From a virus, in IMG/VR virus record IMGVR_UViG_3300010883_019551, positions 1 to 64,000 of that record: a DNA stretch of 64,000 nt. One strand, written 5' to 3'. A program made the position numbers and the translations under genes. Each line of letters starts with the position of its first letter. Within the stretch, counting starts at the first letter, position 1. Shown piece after piece: positions 57,471 to 64,000 of this stretch. A model generated the notes under the pieces. The model worked only from the letters and a program-made list of their open reading frames with translations, was not told where the DNA came from and searched no databases.

Positions 57471-59408
57471 TTAGCTATCACGCCACAGATTATTACTGGC
57501 ATAAGTTAAAATCTCTTCTGCAGAGTCTGCATTATACCCGTACTCATCAATCATAACCTGCACCATGTCACTGTATTTCTTTTGTTGATCATCATCTCTA
57601 GTCTTAGACTTTGTGACGATTCGTGCCATGTCTTTGACAGATGAGATAAGATACGATTCAATTGCTTCCTTGAGCGGCTCATACGATGTGTAATCAACTG
57701 TGTCATTTCTTCTCATTCTAGCAAACATGTAAGCTGTAACATCACTTCTGAATCCGTCTCTAGCTGATCCTGTGATTCCGATCTGTTCTTCGATTGACTT
57801 CATGAAGTTTTCGTCGGGTTCCATTTCCTGCTTAGTGATCTGATCTTTAAGCTTCTGACGTGTTGTGTAAGCTTCTGCATTATCTAGATACGCATCAAAC
57901 AAGGACTGGGCTTGCTCTTCATAAGCAGTAATAAACGCCTTGGCAATTTCTGTCTCAAGAATTTTAAGGTATTCTTCTCTTACTACCTGTTGAATAAGCT
58001 GTAAGCATGTTTCCTTAAAGTCCTCATCTATTAATTGCTCTTTGATCTGCTTTCTGAGAGAGTTAATAATAGATACCGGCGTGATAATATTTTTTTCTGC
58101 GTCTGACAAAGCATTGTCGATGGCCTTCATAATAAATCTCGTTGAGATTCCGGACATACCTTCGTTTGGTGCTTCCTCTCTAAGATCTCGAATATCAACC
58201 TTCTTTACACGCCCCTTTTCAATAACATCATCGCCGTTATAAATTTTCATCTTTGTCAAAATATCACACTTTTGTGATTGCTTAAGACGAGACATAACAG
58301 AGAACATTGATGCAACACGAAGTGTGTGAGGTGCGATATGTGAAGTGAAGTCTGATCTACCGAGAATTTTCTCATAGATCCGCATTTCCTGATCTAGCTC
58401 TAGAACATACGGGACATTAATCTTTACCACACGGTCTAGAATAGCCTCGTTGGTGTGTTCGCTCTGAAATCTATTCCACTCTGACTCATTACAGTGGGCC
58501 AGAATGACCCCATCAAAGTGAAGCATATCATGCTTACCGGGACAGGGAACTCTCTTTTCCTGCGTTGCTGTAATAATAGTATGGAGAAATTCAATTTCAT
58601 TTTTGAATACTTCAACTAGCTCAACAATACCTCGATTACCGATATTGAACGCGCCTGTCAAGGAGAGGACACGTGGGTCGTCTTCTGAATATCGATCCAG
58701 CTTGGAGATATCTTCTGAGCCGATTAGAACACCGACATCTTGGCTGTTAGCATCCATAGGTGGAACTGATGCAATTCCACGACGTCCTCGCTGGGAAAAC
58801 GTGGACTCAACGACAGTATACTCTTCGTACTTTCCTTCAAGCTCATGCATTAACTTGTGGCGCGCAATAGGACTAATATCGCCCTCGATCTTTGTGCCAA
58901 GTGCCTCTTCAAATTTCCCGCGTAAGCCTCGAGGAATCAACTGCAAGGGTTCACCTCGTTGTGGGTCACCTTCAAGATGGTAATACGACAGTTGTTCTAT
59001 AGACTCCTTAATATGTTCTGTTAATGCAGATTTTCCAGCACCAACAGGACCCATTAAAAGAATAACCTGGCGTGATTCTTCGCCTCTTTTAGCCGCTGAC
59101 TTGAGAAACCTCATTATCTTTGCGATGACTCGCTCATGACCAAAAAATTCGGTTTGGAAATAATCGTAAATCTTGATGTTGTCACCATCAAATATTTTAT
59201 TTTTACGAATATCAGACTCAGGCATTGTCTCCATACCATAATCCATAATGGCATGATATAGGCGCTTATGCGCTAGTTTAGTGATACTAGGATCTTCCTT
59301 GACCAAGTCAAAATAGTCTAGAAGCGTTCCCTTGAACTTTTGCTTCTTTTTCTTACTTCTCTGAGTCTTTATCAGATCTAAAAATTCATTTTTCTTCTTA
59401 GTAGCCAT
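57471..59408 (-). CDS. prkA: PrkA/YeaG family AAA+ ATPase / serine kinase
   Basis: LMGPVGAGKS Walker A, SQDVGVLIG, NRGIVELVEVFK, EAILDR, EGMSGISTRF. Confidence 0.95.
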   Translation of the reverse strand: MATKKKNEFLDLIKTQRSKKKKQKFKGTLLDYFDLVKEDPSITKLAHKRLYHAIMDYGMETMPESDIRKNKIFDGDNIKIYDYFQTEFFGHERVIAKIMRFLKSAAKRGEESRQVILLMGPVGAGKSALTEHIKESIEQLSYYHLEGDPQRGEPLQLIPRGLRGKFEEALGTKIEGDISPIARHKLMHELEGKYEEYTVVESTFSQRGRRGIASVPPMDANSQDVGVLIGSEDISKLDRYSEDDPRVLSLTGAFNIGNRGIVELVEVFKNEIEFLHTIITATQEKRVPCPGKHDMLHFDGVILAHCNESEWNRFQSEHTNEAILDRVVKINVPYVLELDQEMRIYEKILGRSDFTSHIAPHTLRVASMFSVMSRLKQSQKCDILTKMKIYNGDDVIEKGRVKKVDIRDLREEAPNEGMSGISTRFIMKAIDNALSDAEKNIITPVSIINSLRKQIKEQLIDEDFKETCLQLIQQVVREEYLKILETEIAKAFITAYEEQAQSLFDAYLDNAEAYTTRQKLKDQITKQEMEPDENFMKSIEEQIGITGSARDGFRSDVTAYMFARMRRNDTVDYTSYEPLKEAIESYLISSVKDMARIVTKSKTRDDDQQKKYSDMVQVMIDEYGYNADSAEEILTYASNNLWRDS

Positions 59409-59426
59409 GTTTATGGTTCTCCGATT

Positions 59427-60737
59427 TTATATTTCCCAAATGTCACCTTCGACTTCAGTATATAGTTTGACAACGTCACCCCAAAGATGACTAATATGAA
59501 GCACAACTTCATCAGCATGCCCCAAATCTATGTCTCTTCCATCGTGATCGTGTCTTAATACTAATACATTCCCATCCTCTACATCGTCTACGTAAATAAC
59601 AGGTATCCCGTTTGTTCCAACTTGTGAAATAAGATCATCTCTAACCTTTTTCCACCCGCCTTCGTCGGAGATGTCTGTTATCTCAAGCTGCTCCTTGTTC
59701 TTAGCGTAGCTAAACAATCCTAAATCGTAACAGTCTTCTTGTGTAAGGTATTGTCGTAAAAAAGAGACATCATGTGCTGTTTCTCTTGCAAGAAAACATT
59801 CTTCTATACCATGCCTCTCTTCGATACGCTTGAACATTTCGAAGCCAAGGTGATAAGGATTTAAGCCGCCGATATGAGGGCGAACAACTTGATTGTGACT
59901 CTTAAGAAACGGGATATGGTACTCTTGAGGTAACTCTAGTTTGTGCATAAGGCGATAGTGCCAAAACGATGCCCACCCTTCATTCATAATTTTAGTTTGC
60001 ATTTGGGGAATGAAGTACTTTGCTTGGTCTCTGCATATTTCTATTACATCCTGTGTCCAAGGCTCTAGCTTCGCATGATTATTAACAAACTCTAGTACAT
60101 CATAATTGGGCTCTAGAGGCACTTTGTTAATATCAAATTCTGAATAAATTCCGTCCTCATCGTTGTTTATTATATCAACGTACTTCTGTCTTATCTGTTT
60201 TTCTGTCTGTTTCATGAAAGGATAGCGATCAGTTTGAAACTGTACAGCATGACATGCGTCAAGAATTTTTTCTACTTTTTCAATACCAATGTTGGGATTC
60301 TCTACATACTTTTGAATTCGTTTCTTACCATTTCGAAATCTCTGTATAACAGTACCAGCTCTAGTATCTTGGAACATCCTGTTGTTCTTAAAGAAGTCAG
60401 AATGTCCCACACAGTGACACATGATAAGAAGCTGTAGGTATGCTGGGTTTTCTCTCATTAGATAGGCGATGGATGGGTCGCTGTTAATAATGAGTTCGTA
60501 TGGAAGACCTTCCTGGCCCAGATTATATTTTTGATGTGTTACTTCAAATGTCTTGCCATGTGACCAGTGACCATAATGAGATGGCATGCCATGATACGAC
60601 ATATGACCAATCATACTATAGTAATCACAAATTTCATAATTGATAGGATACCAATCAAGACCTTCTGACTGTGCCAGGTCAATAATCTTGTCATCCCATT
60701 CTGTAAGAAAATCTGTATTCCAGTCTACATTAAACAT
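59427..60737 (-). CDS. spoVR: SpoVR/YcgB family protein
   Basis: GMPSHYGHWSHGK, YELIINSDPSIAYLM, HCVGHSDFFKNN, TKIMNEGWASFWH, NPYHLG. Confidence 0.95.
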   Translation of the reverse strand: MFNVDWNTDFLTEWDDKIIDLAQSEGLDWYPINYEICDYYSMIGHMSYHGMPSHYGHWSHGKTFEVTHQKYNLGQEGLPYELIINSDPSIAYLMRENPAYLQLLIMCHCVGHSDFFKNNRMFQDTRAGTVIQRFRNGKKRIQKYVENPNIGIEKVEKILDACHAVQFQTDRYPFMKQTEKQIRQKYVDIINNDEDGIYSEFDINKVPLEPNYDVLEFVNNHAKLEPWTQDVIEICRDQAKYFIPQMQTKIMNEGWASFWHYRLMHKLELPQEYHIPFLKSHNQVVRPHIGGLNPYHLGFEMFKRIEERHGIEECFLARETAHDVSFLRQYLTQEDCYDLGLFSYAKNKEQLEITDISDEGGWKKVRDDLISQVGTNGIPVIYVDDVEDGNVLVLRHDHDGRDIDLGHADEVVLHISHLWGDVVKLYTEVEGDIWEI

Positions 60738-60738
60738 T

Positions 60739-61938
60739 TTATGCGGATCCCGCCGGAATTGCTACTCTTTTACCAAGTAGTTTCTTGAATGCCGGCCAGA
60801 TGTCTTCCTTCTGATGAATCTTTACAATCTTAAGACGCTTGTCTTTAATTGTTTCATAAGTCGACGACATTCTTGATCCCTCAGATATCCACTTAAGTCT
60901 GTCTGAATCCGGCTCAATTTCACAATAGCCAAACAGCTGACATTTTTCTTTAATTGTCTCTGCTATTTTAATAGTTGCTGGTAGATCTGATGGCCAGTTA
61001 TCCCCATCTGAGCACTGGAAAAGATAAACGTTCCATGCAGAAGGATGATATCTCTTGTCAATAATTTCATTGACTTTCTCCAGACCTGATGAAACTATGG
61101 TGCCCCCACTATTCCCTCTTCTAAAGAATCTGTCTTCATCAACTTCGTAAGCAGAAGTATCATGTGCAACAAATACTACTTCACAATTTTCGTACCGGTT
61201 ATTGATAAAGTGATAAAGAAGAAAGTAAAAGCTTCGGGCTAAAAATTTCTTATGCTGGGTCATTGAACCAGAGATATCCATTAAAAAGAAGATAACAGCG
61301 TTAGAGGATTCTTTGAGTGTCTTTTTTATGTGACGATATTTGAGGTCATTTTGATTGAATAGAAATCTTTCTCCATCATCTTCGCCGCCCTCTTCAATCC
61401 TTCTTTTTTCCGCTGCCTTCTTTCTCCTGATCCTATTGACCGCAGTCTTTTTCTTATCAAGGCGAGGCCGTATTCCATCATTACGATAACCGTGTCTTTT
61501 CCATTTCTCTCCGGTCACGTTTGTGATTGACTTTCTCTCTAAGTCCGGAAGCTCTAGATCATTAAAAAGATAGTATGTCAACTCCTCAAGCGTAATTTCT
61601 ACTTCGTAGTATTCTTCACCTTGCTCATCGCCTGCCTGATTACCTTGACCTTGCTGACGCTGCTGAGCATCTCCTATCTTTTGTCCACGCTTAATATCTT
61701 TGCCTGGAGCAGACCCTACTTTTTTATTTTGATTGTTATCGCCGTAGACAAATCGGTACTCTTTGATTCCTCGAACTGGGATCTTAATCTTCTTCTTGCC
61801 GTCCTGGCCAATAATAGACTCTTCAGCAACAATACTGTGTACACCATCCTTGATGGCTTCTTCTATTTTTTTGTTATGCCGACGTCGGTCAGATGCCGAT
61901 CTGTCTGCGTTTGTATTGTGTTCTCTGAAAATGGACAT
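60739..61938 (-). CDS. yeaH: YeaH/YhbH (DUF444) vWA-domain protein
   Basis: DRRRH, ELPDL, MDISGSM (MIDAS), SGGTIVSSG, WNVYLFQCSDGDNW. Confidence 0.95.
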   Translation of the reverse strand: MSIFREHNTNADRSASDRRRHNKKIEEAIKDGVHSIVAEESIIGQDGKKKIKIPVRGIKEYRFVYGDNNQNKKVGSAPGKDIKRGQKIGDAQQRQQGQGNQAGDEQGEEYYEVEITLEELTYYLFNDLELPDLERKSITNVTGEKWKRHGYRNDGIRPRLDKKKTAVNRIRRKKAAEKRRIEEGGEDDGERFLFNQNDLKYRHIKKTLKESSNAVIFFLMDISGSMTQHKKFLARSFYFLLYHFINNRYENCEVVFVAHDTSAYEVDEDRFFRRGNSGGTIVSSGLEKVNEIIDKRYHPSAWNVYLFQCSDGDNWPSDLPATIKIAETIKEKCQLFGYCEIEPDSDRLKWISEGSRMSSTYETIKDKRLKIVKIHQKEDIWPAFKKLLGKRVAIPAGSA

Positions 61939-61950
61939 AATTCTACTCTA

Positions 61951-61978
61951 AGTATGGTCTGGGATTTGCTGCAGTAAA
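61951..61978 (-). promoter_or_regulatory. Putative promoter TTTACT-N16-CATACT for yeaH-spoVR-prkA
   Basis: Fills the 44-nt intergenic gap; same spacing as the other three copies. Confidence 0.55.
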
Positions 61979-61982
61979 TCTC

Positions 61983-62981
61983 TTATGTATCATTAACGAC
62001 ACTCCTTGCCCACAATATTGCCGGCTTGAGGTAATCATAAACGCGGTTCTCCATGAAGTCCCAATCAACCCATGCAGCAGCATGATGTTCAAAGACTCCA
62101 GTGTGAGGATTTTTCTTAACTGCTGGGTCCTGTGTTGTTTCTGCAATGTATACTGTAATATTAGCTTTACCAGAAATTAATTTGGGCTCTTTACCCCATC
62201 TAAAATTAAGTTCTGAGATATCGGCTTCTTCTAGAGTTTCTCTGAGAGCTGTTGAGAAAGTGTCTTCCCCTTCTTCAATGCCGCCCTTAGGGATATCATA
62301 CTTGCCATAAAGTCTAAGACCCAGAACTTTCCATTCTTCGTCTATTCTTTTGACGACAACCACGCCGGCGCCATCAGGCAAGTTATTTTTTGTGATCTTT
62401 ACAGACATCTTGTCTTCCCTTAGAATTGTCCTGATGATCTTCTTCAAGTAAGAAAAAGATTCAGCAACTAGCGTTGATTGAAATTTGATACCAGAGTCAT
62501 CTACAACTCTTTTAATAGCACGTATATTGTTAGCATTGTCTTCATAGACATGCACTAAATCATAGTCGCCTGTCTTAATTCGACTCATGACATACTTTGC
62601 CTTTACCATTGGGTTTGAGTCACCGACAGCCTGGATATCAATACCGGTAAGACCTTGATCTTGAAGATACATTCTGACCGGTTTATCTGCAGCCCGGGCA
62701 GTAAGAATTACTATGTTCTCAACCCCATGCTTAGCTATAGCATTATTCAATGCGCCAAAAGTGCTATCGATAGGCTCAGCGCCAGGAGGATATGAATCAA
62801 ATTCGGCGTAGTCGAATTCATCATCGCGCTCCGCAGTGTACTCAGCATACTCTTCAGTACTCAGCATCTCTTCGGATCCGTCGCTGTGAATTACCCTAAC
62901 ACGCGCTGTTGATTTAATCAACGTGTCGTCAAAGTCAAATATCGATAGTACATTTCCCAAATCTTTCCATCCTACTGACAA
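61983..62981 (-). CDS. HAD-like phosphatase fused to a NUDIX hydrolase
   Basis: IFDFDDTL, ILTAR, YEDN (HAD); GGIEEGEDTFSTALRETLEE (Nudix box). Confidence 0.85.
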   Translation of the reverse strand: MSVGWKDLGNVLSIFDFDDTLIKSTARVRVIHSDGSEEMLSTEEYAEYTAERDDEFDYAEFDSYPPGAEPIDSTFGALNNAIAKHGVENIVILTARAADKPVRMYLQDQGLTGIDIQAVGDSNPMVKAKYVMSRIKTGDYDLVHVYEDNANNIRAIKRVVDDSGIKFQSTLVAESFSYLKKIIRTILREDKMSVKITKNNLPDGAGVVVVKRIDEEWKVLGLRLYGKYDIPKGGIEEGEDTFSTALRETLEEADISELNFRWGKEPKLISGKANITVYIAETTQDPAVKKNPHTGVFEHHAAAWVDWDFMENRVYDYLKPAILWARSVVNDT

Positions 62982-63459
62982 GAGAAGAGCTGCTTTGAAC
63001 CTTGCTGCCTCCTACATTAAATAGGACCTCACACTTAATAACATCACATACTTTAGATTCAGGCACATTTTCGAAAGAATCTCGGTCACCGCCCTTGCAA
63101 AAAAAGTCAGGAGAGAGAATTTCTAATGCACCGCACACAGTTTGACTTTCATCATTCCAAAGTACTGCAAAGTCTACGCTACGGAATCCAGAAATGATCT
63201 CTAGACGTTCTTTCTCATCCATGAAGGCAAACCCCTTCTTCCGTTCTAAGAACCCATCTCCGTTAACTATGATCACTGTAAGGGCATCCTCATGGCGGTT
63301 CCAAGAAATACTACGCATTTCATCGAAACATCTTAAGTGTCCCACGTGTACAGGATCAAACCCACCGGATGTAGCAAATATCTTTTTGCCCGGATGCCAC
63401 TTGTTCAAATGTGCCTTAAAGCGTTCGATATCTGTAAACCCTTTTATTTCTTGAGACAT
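62935..63459 (-). CDS. Cytidylyltransferase-family nucleotidyltransferase (TagD/RibL-like)
   Basis: SGGFDPVHVGH (HxGH), KGGDR, KVQSSS. Confidence 0.85.
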   Translation of the reverse strand: MSQEIKGFTDIERFKAHLNKWHPGKKIFATSGGFDPVHVGHLRCFDEMRSISWNRHEDALTVIIVNGDGFLERKKGFAFMDEKERLEIISGFRSVDFAVLWNDESQTVCGALEILSPDFFCKGGDRDSFENVPESKVCDVIKCEVLFNVGGSKVQSSSSLVSRMERFGKCTIDI

Positions 63460-64000
63460 GATTGAAATCCCTCTGGAAAGTATTGTTTATTTCTAGAGTA
63501 GAAGTAGCCAAAGTCTGAGTCTAAAATGTAGGTAACCGCGTGGTCATGATCGCTTCTTACACTTCGTCCGACTGCTTGCACAATTGTCTTTGCAGTCTGG
63601 AGAGGATACCACCACTTCCATTTATGCATGCGCTTTTTGACCAGCTTATCACCAAGATATGGATAGGGTACTTTGCATACTACTTGAAATCTACTTGCTT
63701 CGTCTACTAAGTCCACACCCTCTGTCATCGAAGGCGAAAGCAAAACAGTGGGCTTCTTTGACGTCAGATGTTTCTTAAGCACTTCTTCTCTGTTGGTCGA
63801 GTCATGAATAAGAATTCGTCCGGACTTGATATTGCGCTTAAGATAGTTTGCGATTTTATAAGAATGAGCATGAATGATACCCTTTTCATTCTCGTGTTGT
63901 TCTAGAATGCTCTCAATTGCCTGGGCTAGTTTTGGTAGAGTTTTGTCAATTTCTTTGTAAGACATCTTTCCGATAGCAAAAGAAAGAATGGGTCGATTCT
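63444..64000 (-). CDS. DinG/XPD-family helicase, C-terminal part (runs off window)
   Basis: KGIIHAHSY, SMTEGVDL, KVPYP, QAVGRSVRS..D...TYILD; frame stays open to 64000. Confidence 0.9.
   Translation of the reverse strand, partial: NRPILSFAIGKMSYKEIDKTLPKLAQAIESILEQHENEKGIIHAHSYKIANYLKRNIKSGRILIHDSTNREEVLKKHLTSKKPTVLLSPSMTEGVDLVDEASRFQVVCKVPYPYLGDKLVKKRMHKWKWWYPLQTAKTIVQAVGRSVRSDHDHAVTYILDSDFGYFYSRNKQYFPEGFQSCLKK

Overview
This window looks like a 64 kb segment of a large (jumbo/huge) tailed bacteriophage. Coding is dense, uses the standard genetic code and Shine-Dalgarno starts, and all but one credible gene lie on the minus strand. There are no core cellular housekeeping genes, but virion genes are present. 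Four blocks can be read, left to right: (1) 1-3.3 kb: a gp5/spike-like baseplate protein, a sigma-region-2-like (gp55-type) factor and small hypotheticals. (2) 3.3-38.8 kb: a ~35.5 kb island of about 40 glycan-biosynthesis genes. It includes GT2, GT4, GT9 and GT29 glycosyltransferases, an ADP-heptose pathway, KdsA, NeuB, an HpcH aldolase, three CMP-ulosonate synthetases, UDP-Galp mutase, two truncated UDP-Glc dehydrogenases, a carbamoyltransferase and four methyltransferases. It has no recognisable flippase, polymerase, ABC exporter or initiating lipid-carrier transferase, and one Cas4-like nuclease is embedded in it. (3) 39-50.7 kb: two giant repeat-rich fibre proteins and two small fibre-associated proteins. 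(4) 50.7-64 kb: a host-physiology module with PIN-PhoH, a stand-alone Cys-rich sigma-4 protein, a tubulin/FtsZ GTPase, a complete tmRNA (tag ANNDNYEYALAA), a histone H1-like Hc1, YkuK, a GroEL homologue that has lost its ATP-binding motif, a full YeaH-SpoVR-PrkA(YeaG) triad, a HAD-NUDIX fusion, a cytidylyltransferase and a DinG-like helicase. The strongest candidates for an undescribed system are the export-less, multi-ulosonic-acid glycosylation island next to the fibre genes and the phage-borne PrkA/YeaH/SpoVR + tmRNA + degenerate chaperonin + tubulin module. All protein calls come from motif recognition by eye; no database searches were run.
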